DNA of 64,000 bases from Candidatus Eiseniibacteriota bacterium (GCA_963783375.1 CAWANH010000028.1:1389670-1453669), one strand, 5' to 3'. Shown: positions 10,845-25,984, numbered from the stretch's first letter. A program made the numbers and translations. Notes: generated from the letters alone by a model not told the origin.

Positions 10845-13800
10845 ATGCTAGGCATGGCGAAAAAGGATTCAGTCCCGGTGCCGGACGATCCCCAGTGGTA
10901 CAAGGACGCGATCATCTACGAGGTCCACGTCCGGGCGTTCTGCGATGCCGACGGGGACGGAGTGGGCGACTTCCAGGGCCTGACCGAGAAGCTCGATTAC
11001 CTACAGGATCTCGGGGTGACCGCGATCTGGATCCTCCCGTTCTACCCCTCGCCCCTCAAGGACGACGGCTACGACATCGCCGACTACACCGCGGTCAACC
11101 CGACCTACGGCACGCTCCGGGACTTCAATACCTTCCTCCGGGAGGCCCATAAGCGGGGACTCCGGGTGATCACCGAGTTGGTCCTGAACCACAGCTCGGA
11201 CCAGCATCCCTGGTTCCAGCGGGCCCGGCGGGCCAAGCCGGGGAGCCGGCTCCGCGACTACTACGTGTGGAGCGACACCCCGGAGAAGTACAAGGAAGCC
11301 CGGGTCATATTCAAGGACTTCGAGGCCTCGAACTGGACCTGGGACTCCAAGGCCGGCGCCTACTACTGGCACCGTTTCTACTCGCACCAGCCGGACCTCA
11401 ACTTCGACAACGCCGAGGTGCGCCGGACGCTGCTCCGGATCCTCGACTTCTGGCTCTCGCGGGGGGTGGACGGGCTCCGACTCGACGCCATCCCCTACCT
11501 CTACGAACGGGAAGGGACGAACTGCGAGAACGTGTCCGAGACCCACGGCTTTCTCCGGGACCTCCGGAAGCACGTGGACCGGAACCACGGGGACCGGATG
11601 CTCCTGGCCGAGGCCAACCAGTGGCCGGAGGACGCCATCGCCTACTTCGGGGAGGGGGACGAGTGCCACATGGCCTTCCACTTCCCGGTCATGCCGCGGC
11701 TCTTCATGGCGATCCGCATGGAGAACCGGTTCCCGATCATCGACATCCTCCAGCAGACCCCGACCATTCCCGAGAACTGCCAGTGGGCGATCTTCCTCCG
11801 GAACCACGACGAGCTGACCCTGGAGATGGTGACCGACGAAGAGCGCGACTACATGTACCGGATGTTCGCCCACGACTCGAAGATGCGGATCAACCTGGGC
11901 ATACGGCGCCGGCTGGCCCCGCTCCTGGGCAACGACCGCAAGCGGATCGAGCTCATGAACAGCCTGCTTTTCTCGCTCCCCGGGACCCCGGTGCTCTACT
12001 ACGGGGACGAGATCGGGATGGGCGACAACTTCTACCTCGGCGACCGGAACGGGGTCCGCACCCCCATGCAGTGGAGCGCGGACCGGAACGCCGGATTCTC
12101 CCGGGCCCTTCCCCATCAGCTCTACCTTCCCATCATCATCGATCCCGAATACCACTACGAAGCGATCAACGTGGAGACCCAGCAGCAGAACCCGCACTCC
12201 CTCCTGTGGTGGATGAAGCGGCTCATCGGGCTTCGCCGGCGTTTCCAGGCCTTCAGCCGGGGGGAGATCGAGTTCCTCCAGCCCGAGAACTACAAGGTGC
12301 TGGTCTTCACCCGCACCTTCGAGGACGAGAAGATCCTGGTGGTGGCCAACCTCTCGCGGTTCGCCCAGGCGGTCGAGCTGGAGTTGGAGGAGTACAAGGG
12401 GCTGGTGCCGGTGGAGCTTTTCGGGGGCACCCGTTTCCCTCCCATCGGGGACCTGCCCTATTTCCTCACCCTGGGGGCCCACTCGTTCTACTGGTTCTCC
12501 CTGGAAAGCCAGCCGGGGGAGGAGATCGTCCGGGAGAAGCATCCGGACGAACGGCGGCTGTTGACGGTTTCGCGATCGTGGACCGAGGCGCTCCGGGGCC
12601 GGGGTCGGAGCGCCCTGGAGAACCTGCTCCCCGAATACCTCTCCGCCCGGCGCTGGTTCGGGGGGAAAGCGCGCCGCATCCGCGGGGTGGAGATCCTGGA
12701 CACGGTTCCGGTGTCCACGGTAGGGGAGGCAGCCAAGACGTTCATCACCGTGCTGGAGGTGGAATACGCCGAGGGCGAGCCGGAGAGCTACGTGCTCCCT
12801 CTCACCTACGCGACGGGGAAGACCGCGGTCCACGTCAAGCGGACCGCTCCCGAGGCGGTGGTGGCGCGGCTCCAGGTGAAGGGGGAGCCGGAGGTCGGGA
12901 TCCTCTACGACGCGCTCCACGACCCGAAGCTGGCCGCGTCGCTCCTCGAAGCGGTGGGCAAACGCCGCCGTTCCAAGGGAATCCGGGGAGAGATCCAGAG
13001 CTGGCCCACCGCCGCCTATCGCACCCTTCGCCGGGAGGCGAAGAAGGACCTCGAGCCCCACGTGATGCGGGGAGAGCAGTCCAACACCTCGATCGTCTAC
13101 GGCGAGCAGTTCGTGTTCAAGCTCTTCCGGCGCCTGGGCGAGGGTCAGAACCCCGATCTGGAGGTGGGCCGGTTCCTCACCGAAAAGACCCGGTTCGAAC
13201 ACATCGCGCGGGTGGCCGGGGCCCTGGAATACCGGCGGCCCAAGCAGGATGCGCTCACCCTGGGCATTCTCCAGGCCTACGTCCCCAACCAGGGCGACGC
13301 CTGGAACTACACCCTCGATTCCCTGGGGCGGTTCTTCGACCGGGTGAAGACCTGGCGGCCGGACGGGGACGCCGACGAGATGCCCCTGCCCGCGGATTCC
13401 CTGGAAGAGGCGGCGCGGGAGGAGGTGCCGAAGGAGGCCCACGAATTCCTGGGGACCTACGAGGAGAGCGCGGCGCTCCTGGGGCGGCGGACCGGGGAGC
13501 TCCACCTGGCTCTGGCCTCGGAAACCGAGGATCCGGCCTTCGCCCCCGAGCCCTTCTCCGCCCTCTACCAGCGTTCGCTCTACCAGTCCATGCGAAACGC
13601 GGCGCGGAAGACCTTCCAGCTCATGCGGGGACGCCGGGCCTCGCTCCCGGAGGAGCTGGAGGACCGGGCGCGGAAGATCGCCGATCGAGAAGAGGACGTG
13701 CTCAAGCGCTTCCGGGCGGTGGTGGACCGCAAGCTCAGCCCCACCCGGCTCCGGGTCCACGGGGACTACCACCTGGGTCAGGTGCTCTTCACCGGGAAGG

Positions 13801-14216
13801 ATTTCGTGATCATCGACTTCGAGGGGGAGCCGGCGCGATCCCTGACCGAGCGGCGGCTGAAGCGGTCACCCCTCGTGGACGTGGCGGGGATGCTCCGCTC
13901 CTTCCATTACGCGGCCTACGCGGGACTCCGGAGCGGATTGGAGTCGGGCCTCGTCCCCCGGGACCAGGAAACCCGGTTCGAGGCCTGGGCGGACTTCTGG
14001 TACCAGTGGGTGAGCGCGGTGTTCCTCCGGGGGTACCTCGACGCGGCGGGCGACGCCGCCTTTCTCCCCCCCGACCCGGAGGACCGGGACCTCCTTCTGG
14101 AGGCCTTTCTCCTGGAAAAGGCGGTCTACGAGCTCGGATATGAGCTTAACAATCGACCCGAATGGGTCAGGATCCCGCTCCAGGCGGTCAGCCGCCTCCT
14201 GAGGATCAGGATCTGA
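10845..14216 (+). CDS. treS: trehalose synthase TreS fused to maltokinase (Mak/Pep2)
   Basis: N-terminal GH13 TreS signature ([43 protein letters not shown]). The C-terminal ~450 aa is a maltokinase-like aminoglycoside-phosphotransferase fold. 1123 aa fusion. Confidence 0.85.
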   Translation: MLGMAKKDSVPVPDDPQWYKDAIIYEVHVRAFCDADGDGVGDFQGLTEKLDYLQDLGVTAIWILPFYPSPLKDDGYDIADYTAVNPTYGTLRDFNTFLREAHKRGLRVITELVLNHSSDQHPWFQRARRAKPGSRLRDYYVWSDTPEKYKEARVIFKDFEASNWTWDSKAGAYYWHRFYSHQPDLNFDNAEVRRTLLRILDFWLSRGVDGLRLDAIPYLYEREGTNCENVSETHGFLRDLRKHVDRNHGDRMLLAEANQWPEDAIAYFGEGDECHMAFHFPVMPRLFMAIRMENRFPIIDILQQTPTIPENCQWAIFLRNHDELTLEMVTDEERDYMYRMFAHDSKMRINLGIRRRLAPLLGNDRKRIELMNSLLFSLPGTPVLYYGDEIGMGDNFYLGDRNGVRTPMQWSADRNAGFSRALPHQLYLPIIIDPEYHYEAINVETQQQNPHSLLWWMKRLIGLRRRFQAFSRGEIEFLQPENYKVLVFTRTFEDEKILVVANLSRFAQAVELELEEYKGLVPVELFGGTRFPPIGDLPYFLTLGAHSFYWFSLESQPGEEIVREKHPDERRLLTVSRSWTEALRGRGRSALENLLPEYLSARRWFGGKARRIRGVEILDTVPVSTVGEAAKTFITVLEVEYAEGEPESYVLPLTYATGKTAVHVKRTAPEAVVARLQVKGEPEVGILYDALHDPKLAASLLEAVGKRRRSKGIRGEIQSWPTAAYRTLRREAKKDLEPHVMRGEQSNTSIVYGEQFVFKLFRRLGEGQNPDLEVGRFLTEKTRFEHIARVAGALEYRRPKQDALTLGILQAYVPNQGDAWNYTLDSLGRFFDRVKTWRPDGDADEMPLPADSLEEAAREEVPKEAHEFLGTYEESAALLGRRTGELHLALASETEDPAFAPEPFSALYQRSLYQSMRNAARKTFQLMRGRRASLPEELEDRARKIADREEDVLKRFRAVVDRKLSPTRLRVHGDYHLGQVLFTGKDFVIIDFEGEPARSLTERRLKRSPLVDVAGMLRSFHYAAYAGLRSGLESGLVPRDQETRFEAWADFWYQWVSAVFLRGYLDAAGDAAFLPPDPEDRDLLLEAFLLEKAVYELGYELNNRPEWVRIPLQAVSRLLRIRI

Positions 14217-14246
14217 CGATCAAGACGCAGGCAAAGGATGGAATCA

Positions 14247-16209
<1,963 letters not shown>

Positions 16210-16213
<4 letters not shown>

Positions 16214-16941
16214 TCCGGGAGCACCTGCGGGACCCGGCGGGCCACGGCGTAGGAGATCCCGATCAGCCCCGCGTCCGCGCAGTTGCTGTTGTAGTCGACC
16301 GCCTGGGCGGTGAAGCAGTGGACCACCCACGGATCGAGATCGGCGCTCTCTCCCTGGTACACGGTCACCGAATCCGAGCCGTGGACCACATGGAAAGGGG
16401 CGTTCCGGATCGAGTCGTAGCACTTGTTGTGGGGACGGCTCTCGCAGGTGGCGGGAAGCAGGGTCAGGGTGAACCCCGGAACGCCGCCGGTGAGCACGGT
16501 CGTCCCCGGCCGCTGTTCCGAGGCCGCGGCGAAGAGCAGTCCCACCTCGTCGACGACCAGGATCCCCTGAGCGGTCGGAAACCCGCCGACGTGATCCAGG
16601 GTGACGGTCACCACGTCTCCGACCCGAAGGGGGAGGGGAGGCGCGTCGGTGGAAGGAGGAGCGCCGTAGGCCAGGGTGTCCGTCTCCGCGCTCGCGGTGT
16701 CCCGGACCACCACGGTTTGCATGCCGCTCCCGTCGAATCCGGAGATGGAGAGCACCCGGACCGTGGCCTGGAAGTGCATGATCTCCGGGTGGGCGACCAC
16801 ATAGGTCGTGATGCTTCCGGTGGGCTCGACCCCGCAGGCGGGGTCCGCGTCCTCGCAGGAACTGGGACCGCTGGCGGCAGCCATGGCTCCCAGTCCCAGC
16901 GCCAGCCCGGCGAACCAAGGCCTTCGAAGCAGGTGGGTCAT
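16210..16941 (-). CDS. hypothetical exported Cys-containing protein
   Basis: [23 protein letters not shown] signal peptide. Start assigned at the internal ATG at 16941. Overlaps the glgB stop convergently by 4 nt. Confidence 0.5.
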
Positions 16942-16991
16942 GATTGTTTCAACTCCCGCGGCCGGGTGATGGTGATTTCCCCGCACATCCG

Positions 16992-17072
16992 ATCCTAGCA
17001 GGATACCCGGGGTTCGGTCCCGGGTTCCCTCCCAACCCTCCCGACCCGCGTCTCACCGCCTCCTGCTAGGAT
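16992..17072. promoter_or_regulatory. pair of inverted ATCCT-N3-AGGAT sites in a divergent intergenic region
   Basis: ATCCTAGCAGGAT at 16992-17004 and its reverse-complement-like copy TCCTGCTAGGAT at 17061-17072. They lie between the minus-strand hypothetical gene and the TrmH-family gene. Confidence 0.3.
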
Positions 17073-17149
17073 AGCCGGGCTGCGGGACCCCGGGATACGG
17101 CCCGGACACCGTCGCGGCGCACCGGGGAGCGAAGGACGGCGGGGGTGTC

Positions 17150-17944
17150 ATGGACCAGGATGTGCGGAACATCGAAAGCGCGGAGAATCCGGTCTTCAAG
17201 GATCTCCGGAAGCTCCTCGGCGCCCGCGGGATCAAGAAGCAGGGCCGGGCGCTATTGGCCGGCCCCCGGCTCACCGCCGAGGCGCTGGCCCGCCACCCGG
17301 ATCGGTGCCGGGCCTGGCTCGTCCCCGCCGGGAAGGACCCCGAGGCGGCGTCCGGAGCCGGTGCTCCGGTCTACCGCCTCGCCCCCGCCCTCTTCCGGGA
17401 GCTGGACCTCTTCGGCACCCGCGCTCCCATCCTGGTCCTGGAGGTTCCCGGGATTCCACGGTGGGATCCCGCGAAGGGGCTCCCCCCCGGGTCGAGTCTT
17501 CTCGTGCCCTTCCAGGACCCCGAAAACACCGGCGCGGTCATCCGCTCCGCCGTCGCCTTCGGGGTGGACCGGGTGATCCTGCTCGCCGAGTGCGCTCACC
17601 CCTTTCATCCCAAGACGCTCCGAAGCTCGGGCGGCGCGGTGCTCCAGGTCCCGCTCCTCGCCGGACCGTCGCTGGGGGCGCTTCCCCCCGACCCGGCGAT
17701 CGTCCCTCTCTCCGCCGAGGGGACGGACATCGGGACGTTCGCGTTTCCGGAGCGGTTCGGGCTCCTCCCCGGGATCGAGGGGGAGGGGCTCCCTGCGCCC
17801 TGGCGGGAGCGGTCGGTGGCCGTACCCATCCGTTCCGAAGTGGAGTCCCTGAACGCGGCCGCGGCCACCGCGGTGGCCCTCTACGTGTGGTCGCGGGGGA
17901 GAAGCAGGGAGAGATCGTCGACCGAGAGCCGCGGCGGCTCGTGA
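17150..17944 (+). CDS. TrmH/SpoU family RNA 2'-O-methyltransferase
   Basis: SpoU_methylase motifs, including the ESLNAAAATAVALY knot motif. The C-terminal tail overlaps the convergent SDR gene by 64 nt. Confidence 0.75.
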   Translation: MDQDVRNIESAENPVFKDLRKLLGARGIKKQGRALLAGPRLTAEALARHPDRCRAWLVPAGKDPEAASGAGAPVYRLAPALFRELDLFGTRAPILVLEVPGIPRWDPAKGLPPGSSLLVPFQDPENTGAVIRSAVAFGVDRVILLAECAHPFHPKTLRSSGGAVLQVPLLAGPSLGALPPDPAIVPLSAEGTDIGTFAFPERFGLLPGIEGEGLPAPWRERSVAVPIRSEVESLNAAAATAVALYVWSRGRSRERSSTESRGGS

Positions 17945-18729
17945 TCGGGATCGCACCGGTAAGGGGTGAAGTCGGTCCAGCCCCGCTCACGCAGGAAATC
18001 CTCGTCGATGAGCGCCCGCCCGGTGAGCTCCGCCGGCGCCGTGGCGACGATCTCAAGCACCGCGTCGGCCATGATCGCGGGTTTTCGCCAGGAGGCCGGT
18101 GAGCCGAGCCGGTAGTTGATGGTGGCCTGGCTCTCGACCGCGGTGGCCGGCCAGAGCGCGTTCACCGCCACCCCGCGGCCCCGAAGCTCCCCGGCCAGGC
18201 CCAGGGCCAGCATGGTCATTCCGAACTTGCTGATCAGGTAGGCGGTCTTTCCCGGCAGGGCGGCCGGTTCGACCGGGGGCGAGATCATGACCACGTGTCC
18301 GCCGCCCCCCTCCAGCATCGGCTCCAGGGCGGCCCGGGTGAGCGCGAAGGGCCCCCGGAGGTTGACCGCCATCACCAGGTCGAAGCGCTTCATGGGGGTG
18401 TCGAGCACCGGGGTCCACCACAGCGCCCCGGCGTTGTTGACCAGGACGTCGATCCGCCCGTACTCGTGCATGACGGTCCGGACCAGGCTCTCGATGTCGG
18501 CATCGATTCGAAGATCCAGCCGGACCGGAAGCGCCTCGCCCCCGGCGTCCTGGATCTCCTCGGCCACCGAGTGAATGGAGCCGGGGAGCTTCTCGCGGGA
18601 GCGCTCGCTCTTGGCCGCCACGACCACCCGCGCCCCTTCCCGGGCCAGGGTGAGGGCCACCGCCCGGCCGATGCCCCGGCTCGCTCCGGTCACCACCGCC
18701 ACCTGGCCGTCCAGTCGTCGGGTGCTCAC
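17881..18729 (-). CDS. SDR family NAD(P)-dependent oxidoreductase
   Basis: TGASRGIGRA Rossmann motif, NNAG motif, and a YxxxK-type catalytic region (AYLISKFG). Confidence 0.85.
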   Translation of the reverse strand: MSTRRLDGQVAVVTGASRGIGRAVALTLAREGARVVVAAKSERSREKLPGSIHSVAEEIQDAGGEALPVRLDLRIDADIESLVRTVMHEYGRIDVLVNNAGALWWTPVLDTPMKRFDLVMAVNLRGPFALTRAALEPMLEGGGGHVVMISPPVEPAALPGKTAYLISKFGMTMLALGLAGELRGRGVAVNALWPATAVESQATINYRLGSPASWRKPAIMADAVLEIVATAPAELTGRALIDEDFLRERGWTDFTPYRCDPDHEPPRLSVDDLSLLLPRDHT

Positions 18730-18757
18730 GGGATCTCCTCCGGGCCGGCGGGTCTTC

Positions 18758-20023
18758 CTACCGCTTCCGCGGCTTTCGTCCGAAGGTGGGGCGCGCAGGC
18801 TTGGCCCCCGGCTCCACCCGCTCGGTCTTCTCCGGTCGCGGGGTGTAGAGGGAGAGGATGACCGGCGCGCCGTCGTATTCCTTGCGGGGCAGGCGATGGC
18901 CCACCGCGATCTCGATCTTCTCCAGGGCGGAGTGATCGGTGGGGCACGCGAAGGTGATGGCGTCCCCCTCGGCGTCGGCCCGTGCGGTGCGGCCGATCCG
19001 GTGGAGGTAGTCGTCGGCGCTGGGGGGAATGTCGTAGTTGATGATGTGGGATACGCCCTCGATGTCGAGACCCCGGGCGGCGATGTCGGTGGCCACCAGG
19101 ATCTTGAACTCCCCGTTCCGGAACCCGTCCAACGCTTCTTCGCGCTGGATCTGGGAGCGATCCCCGTGGATCTCGCCCACGCTGTAGTTCGCCTTGTGCA
19201 GGGCGCGGGCCAGCCGCTCGGTGCGGATCCGGGTATGGAGGAAGATCACCGCGGAGTGGATCTCCTCCTCCTCCAGGATCTTGAACAGGAGGGTCATCTT
19301 GTCTTCCGGACGGACCGGATAGAGGATCTGGTGGACGCTGTCCACCGGCTTCCTCACGTGGCCCACTCGAACCCGGACCGGGTCCTTGAGCATGCGGTCG
19401 GCCAGGTAGGCGATCTCCTCGGGGAAAGTGGCCGAGAACATCAGGGTCTGCCGCATCTTGGGGAGCTTCCGCATGATGCGCTGGATGTCGGGGAGGAAGC
19501 CCATGTCGAGCATCCGGTCCGCCTCGTCCAGGACCAGGATCATGAGGTTCTCGAAGCGGATGTTCCCCCGGCCCATGTGGTCCAGGAGCCGTCCGGGGGT
19601 GGCCACGGTCACCGCGCGGCCCTGCTTCAGGGCCTGCTTCTGCTTGTCGAGGCTCACCCCGCCGTAGACCGCGACGCTACCGATCCCCAGAGGTCTTCCG
19701 ACCTCCTCGATCACCCGCTCCACCTGGACCGCCAGCTCGCGGGTGGGGACCAGGACCAGCATGGAGTTTCTCTGAATACTTCCTTGGGCCAGCCGGGAGA
19801 GGCTCGGGAGGACATAGGCCAGGGTTTTCCCGGTCCCGGTCTGGGCCAGACCGATCACGTCGGTTCCTTCCAGGGCATGGGGGATGGCCTGCTCCTGGAT
19901 CGGGGTGGGGGTGGTGATTCCCATCTGTTCGATGACCTGCAGCTGGCGCGGGTCCAATCCAAAGGAATCAAAGGACATAGAGGGACCTTGGGACTCTCTC
20001 TGGGAGAGCGTGGTTTCTGACAT
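18758..20023 (-). CDS. DEAD-box ATP-dependent RNA helicase
   Basis: Q-motif, AQTGTGKT, DEAD (LDEADRMLDMGF), SAT, HRIGRTARA, and an Arg-rich C-terminal tail. The start could instead be MSFDSFGLD at 19978. Confidence 0.9.
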   Translation of the reverse strand: MSETTLSQRESQGPSMSFDSFGLDPRQLQVIEQMGITTPTPIQEQAIPHALEGTDVIGLAQTGTGKTLAYVLPSLSRLAQGSIQRNSMLVLVPTRELAVQVERVIEEVGRPLGIGSVAVYGGVSLDKQKQALKQGRAVTVATPGRLLDHMGRGNIRFENLMILVLDEADRMLDMGFLPDIQRIMRKLPKMRQTLMFSATFPEEIAYLADRMLKDPVRVRVGHVRKPVDSVHQILYPVRPEDKMTLLFKILEEEEIHSAVIFLHTRIRTERLARALHKANYSVGEIHGDRSQIQREEALDGFRNGEFKILVATDIAARGLDIEGVSHIINYDIPPSADDYLHRIGRTARADAEGDAITFACPTDHSALEKIEIAVGHRLPRKEYDGAPVILSLYTPRPEKTERVEPGAKPARPTFGRKPRKR

Positions 20024-20196
20024 GTTGTTTGATTTCAGTGTTGGTACTCAAGGGGATCAGGATGACGGATAACGGGGTCTCGAGGACGTTCCTCGGGTTC
20101 CGAGATTGCCGATATGACGCGATAGAGTTTACGCCTTCGGAACCCCTTGTGCAATGGCCACTTCCCCTATTGGAAAACCGCCTTCAGAATAGCCCC

Positions 20197-21120
20197 ATGG
20201 CCGAATCCTCCCGAAAAGCGGTACTCGCGGCGATCGTGTCCAACCTCGCCATCGCGGTGACCAAGTTCGTGGCCGCCGGGATGACCGGAAGCTCGGCCAT
20301 GCTCTCCGAAGGGATCCACTCGGTGGTGGACACCGGAAACGGCGCGCTGCTCCTTCTGGGCATGCGGCGGAGCCGGAAGCGTCCGGATGATCTCCACCCC
20401 TTCGGCTACGGCCAGGAGCTCTACTTCTGGACCCTGGTGGTGGCCATCCTCATCTTCGCCCTCGGCGGCGGGATGTCGGCCTACGAAGGCATCAAGCACC
20501 TCCACGAGACCGGCGCGGAGATGCGGGACCCCCGGGTGAACTACATCGTCCTCGGCCTCTCGTTTCTCTTCGAAGGTGTCTCGTGGGTGGTGGCGGTCCG
20601 GGGGTTCCTCAGGGTCAAGGGCCGGCGGACGATCTGGCGGGAGGTGCGCGCGAGCAAGGACCCGACCACCTTCGCCGTGGTCTTCGAGGATTCGGCCGCC
20701 CTCCTGGGGCTCATCGTGGCCTTCCTCGGCATCTTCCTCAGCCACCGGCTCGACGCGCCGTATCTGGACGGCTGCGCCTCGATCGTGATCGGGCTGATCC
20801 TGGCGGTGGTGGCGGTGGTGCTGGCGGTGGAGTCCAAGGGTCTCCTGGTGGGGGAGAGCGCGGACCTCGAGGTCGTGGCCTCGATCCGGCGGATCGCCTC
20901 CGGCCACGACGGCGTGGAGCGGGTGCTGGAAGTGCTGACCCTCCACCTCGGGCCGGAAGACGTGCTCCTGAACCTCGACGTGCAATTCCGGCGGGGACTG
21001 GCCGCCTCGGACGTGGAGCGGGTGGTGGACGAGCTCGAGGAGGCGGTGCGGGCGGCCCACCCCGAGGTCCGGCGCATCTTCATCGAGGCCCAGGCCATCG
21101 CGCGGCGGGAGGGCAGATAG
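20197..21120 (+). CDS. cation diffusion facilitator (CDF) family transporter
   Basis: Six TM segments with HSVVDTGNG-type and HxxxD motifs, plus a C-terminal cytoplasmic domain. Start assigned at MAESSRKAVLAAIV (20197). Confidence 0.85.
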   Translation: MAESSRKAVLAAIVSNLAIAVTKFVAAGMTGSSAMLSEGIHSVVDTGNGALLLLGMRRSRKRPDDLHPFGYGQELYFWTLVVAILIFALGGGMSAYEGIKHLHETGAEMRDPRVNYIVLGLSFLFEGVSWVVAVRGFLRVKGRRTIWREVRASKDPTTFAVVFEDSAALLGLIVAFLGIFLSHRLDAPYLDGCASIVIGLILAVVAVVLAVESKGLLVGESADLEVVASIRRIASGHDGVERVLEVLTLHLGPEDVLLNLDVQFRRGLAASDVERVVDELEEAVRAAHPEVRRIFIEAQAIARREGR

Positions 21121-21189
21121 GGGTCGAGCCCCGGAACTCCTTCCGGCCGCGACCGTTCTCCGCGGCGACCGGCCGGTGATCGACGCGGC

Positions 21190-22869
<1,680 letters not shown>

Positions 22870-22926
22870 GGTTGAAGCTCCGTGTGGGTTGAAGAGGAGC
22901 GAAGGAGAATACCGGACGCGCGGGCT

Positions 22927-23838
22927 TCAGTCCACCCAGGGGGAGGTCGGGGGGGTGAGGAGCCACGCCAGCACCGCACCGAACGCCACCCCGGCCAGCT
23001 CCGCCCGCCAGGCGAGGCCTCGGCGGGCGCCCGCCGGGGCGGGGCCCTGGTGAAGGAGGGTGACGGCCACCCCCGCGGCGCCCCCGATCGCCGTCCCCGC
23101 CGCCACGTCGGTGGGGAAGTGGACCTCGGAATCCACCCGGAGGATGGAGGTGGCGGTGGCGAGCCCGCCTCCCACCGCTCCCGCCGCGAAGTGGACCGGC
23201 CAGGGCAACTCCGGCCGCCGGGTGGCCAGGAACCCCACGCCGGTCATCGCCGAGGCCCAGGCCGCGGCGGCGTGTCCGGAGGGAAAGGAGCGGAAGGCGT
23301 CCTCGGCCCCGACCTGGTAGGCGGCGCTCCCGGGGCGCCGGTCGGCCGGAAGGTAGGTGTAGGGCCGCGGCCGGGACACCGCGTTCTTGAGGATCAACGT
23401 CGCTCCCCCGGCCAGAAGCCCCGCCTCCAGGTGGTTCCGCGCCACCTCGGACTCGTTCTCCCAGAACCCGCGGCCGCAGTTCAGGGCCAGGGCGGCGGCT
23501 TCGGGATAGACCAGGGAGCCGGCGAGAAACGCGTCGGCGCCGGTGACCGCGCGGGTGGAAGGGCGCCGGAGGGCCCGGCGGTCCCAGCCGATCCCGATGT
23601 CCGCCCGGTCAAGACCGGCGGGGGGAACGTCCCTCAGCCGCGGGGAAAGCAGGAACTCCCCGGTCGCCGTGGCCGCCCCTCCGAGGCCGGCCAGCACCCA
23701 GTCCCGCCGCTCCACCAGGGAGCGGGCGGTGTCGGGGGAAGCGGGCGCCGCCGCCCGCGCCGGCGCGGCGAGGACCAGCGCAATCAGGATGAGGACGAGC
23801 GCGGAGATCGAGGAGCGGTTCAAGCGAGGGGCCTCCAC
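22927..23838 (-). CDS. PAP2 superfamily phosphatase
   Basis: Signal/TM N-terminus. PAP2 motifs KNAVSRPRP, PSGH and SRVDSEVHFPTDV. Confidence 0.8.
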   Translation of the reverse strand: MEAPRLNRSSISALVLILIALVLAAPARAAAPASPDTARSLVERRDWVLAGLGGAATATGEFLLSPRLRDVPPAGLDRADIGIGWDRRALRRPSTRAVTGADAFLAGSLVYPEAAALALNCGRGFWENESEVARNHLEAGLLAGGATLILKNAVSRPRPYTYLPADRRPGSAAYQVGAEDAFRSFPSGHAAAAWASAMTGVGFLATRRPELPWPVHFAAGAVGGGLATATSILRVDSEVHFPTDVAAGTAIGGAAGVAVTLLHQGPAPAGARRGLAWRAELAGVAFGAVLAWLLTPPTSPWVD

Positions 23839-24040
23839 AGCCGGTGGTTAGAGGACGAGCGATCATAGCCCACGCTCCGAGGGCCCGCCCACCTCCGGCC
23901 GACGACCGGTCGTGCGCGGGAGCGGGCGCACGCTTCGCCACACCCCGGACGGCGTCGCGGGACCCTGGATTCGCGACGGGGGTCGGATGGTAGTACCCTT
24001 CAGGGGGAGGGCGGCAAACAATCGACAAGGAGAGACAATC

Positions 24041-24811
24041 ATGACGCGGCACCTCAAGACTTCACTCATCCTTCTGGCCGGAGCGGCCCTCGTGGTCCCC
24101 GGAACGGCGGCGCGGGCCCAGAGCCCCAAGCTCGAGCAGCAACAACAGGACTTCGAACCGTCCACCCAGCGCGACCGGGACACCTTCAACGGTGGGTTCA
24201 TGACCCTCGACCAGGGGCTCTGGGAAGCGCTCTCCGACAAGCCCCAGGACGAGTTCCGGAACGCTCTCGACGACTTCGCCGCCGGGAAGAGCCACGAGAT
24301 GGCGGGAAGCATCTACAACGCGGCCGCGGTCACCCGACTGGCCGCCACGCGCGCCCTTCCCGAGCCGAAGAAGCGCCTGGTGGCCTCGCTCTTCGAGCTC
24401 AAGGACCTGGCCGAGCGGGCGGAGAAGGGAAAGATCGACTCCCGGGACCAGCTGATCCATCCCTTCGGCCGGACCCTGGCCGCCCTCTCCCAGTACTACG
24501 CGGCCCGGGCCGAGGAGGAGTGGACCCAGGGGAAGGCGGGAGACGCCGGGAAGTCGCTGGCCTCGGGGGTCAAGGATCTCGAACACGCTTTCGCCTGGGC
24601 GGGGTACCAGCCGGACCCCGATGAATCCAGCCAGGTCGAGGCCGCCCGCACCACCGCCACCCGGCTCAGCACCACCAAGGACTACGATCGAACCCAGGTA
24701 AACCACGCCCTGGCCGCGTTCACCGGGTTCGTCCGCGACTACACCGACGGCATCTGGAAAGGGGTTCCGGACCTGACCCCGGCCGAGACGGGGAAGCCGA
24801 AGCAATCCTAG
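24041..24811 (+). CDS. hypothetical exported protein
   Basis: RBS AAGGAGAG precedes the ATG at 24041. MTRHLKTSLILLAGAALVVPGTAARAQ signal peptide. No family recognised. Confidence 0.5.
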   Translation: MTRHLKTSLILLAGAALVVPGTAARAQSPKLEQQQQDFEPSTQRDRDTFNGGFMTLDQGLWEALSDKPQDEFRNALDDFAAGKSHEMAGSIYNAAAVTRLAATRALPEPKKRLVASLFELKDLAERAEKGKIDSRDQLIHPFGRTLAALSQYYAARAEEEWTQGKAGDAGKSLASGVKDLEHAFAWAGYQPDPDESSQVEAARTTATRLSTTKDYDRTQVNHALAAFTGFVRDYTDGIWKGVPDLTPAETGKPKQS

Positions 24812-24829
24812 AACACTGGAGGAGGACGG

Positions 24830-25870
24830 ATGCGATACCGGATCCTGGGACGAAGCGGGCTTCGGGTGTCGGAGCTGGCGTTGGGGACCATGACCTTCGG
24901 GGAGGATTGGGGATGGGGGGCCTCCCGCGAGGAGTCCCGCCTCATCTTCGACGCCTTCGCCGAGGCCGGCGGGAACTTCATCGACACCGCGATCAACTAC
25001 ACCAACGGGACCTCGGAACGGTTCGTGGGAGAGTTCCTGGCCTCGGACCGGGACCACTTCGTCCTGGCCACCAAGTTCACCCTCTCCACCCGGCCCGACG
25101 ACCTGAATTTCAGCGGTAACCACCGGAAGAACCTCCGGCGGTCGGTGGAGCGGAGCCTGGACAGCCTTCGCACCGACTACATCGATCTTCTATGGCTCCA
25201 CATGTGGGACTACACCACCCCGATCGAGGAGATCATGCGGGGGCTCGACGACCTGGTGCGCTCGGGGAAGGTGCTTCACGTCGGGGTGTCGGATACCCCG
25301 GCCTGGGTGATCGCCCGGGCCAACACCCAGGCCGAGCTTCGGGGCTGGTCTCCCTTCTGTGCGGTCCAGGTCCCTTACAGCCTGGCCCGCCGCGACGTGG
25401 AGCGGGAGATCCTCCCGGTGGCCAAGGCCTTCGACATGGCCGTCACTCCCTGGGGGCTCCTGGGGGGCGGGGTCCTGACCGGGAAGTACAACCGCGGCGG
25501 CGACGAGCCCAAACGGAGGGACCCGGCGGGGATTCCCGAGGCGCAGCTGAAGCTGGCCGAGGAGGTGGTCCGGGTGGCCGGGGAAATCGACCGCTCCCCG
25601 GCCCAGGTCGCGGTCGACTGGGTGCGCCAGCAACAGGAGCGGGCCCCGATCGTCCCGATCCTGGGCGCCCGGAGCGTGAGCCAGCTCAAGGACAACCTGG
25701 GCTGCCTGGAGTTCGAGCTGGGCCCGGCCGAGCTGGAGCGCCTGGAGGCGGCCTCGGGGTTCGAGCCGGGATTCCCCCACGACTTCCTGGAATCCGAGAA
25801 CATCCGGAAGCTCATCTACGGGGAGAACTTCGCGCTTCTGGACGATCCCCGGCGGGGGGAGCGGACCTAG
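24830..25870 (+). CDS. aldo/keto reductase
   Basis: MRYRILGRSGLRVSELALGTMTFG plus the AKR family fold throughout. Confidence 0.85.
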   Translation: MRYRILGRSGLRVSELALGTMTFGEDWGWGASREESRLIFDAFAEAGGNFIDTAINYTNGTSERFVGEFLASDRDHFVLATKFTLSTRPDDLNFSGNHRKNLRRSVERSLDSLRTDYIDLLWLHMWDYTTPIEEIMRGLDDLVRSGKVLHVGVSDTPAWVIARANTQAELRGWSPFCAVQVPYSLARRDVEREILPVAKAFDMAVTPWGLLGGGVLTGKYNRGGDEPKRRDPAGIPEAQLKLAEEVVRVAGEIDRSPAQVAVDWVRQQQERAPIVPILGARSVSQLKDNLGCLEFELGPAELERLEAASGFEPGFPHDFLESENIRKLIYGENFALLDDPRRGERT

Positions 25871-25984
25871 GCGCGCGCGGTCCGGGGACCGCCCCGGTCG
25901 CCTTTCCAAAAGCGAGAAGCGGTTTATCAGCGGTTTGTCGGTCGCCCCCGGCCCCGCTACACTCTGCGGCCGGAGGAAGCAACC

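Noticed and set aside
11001-13772. 923-aa minus-strand ORF antisense to treS-mak
   Set aside because: High-GC shadow frame. The sense strand carries unambiguous GH13/TreS motifs.
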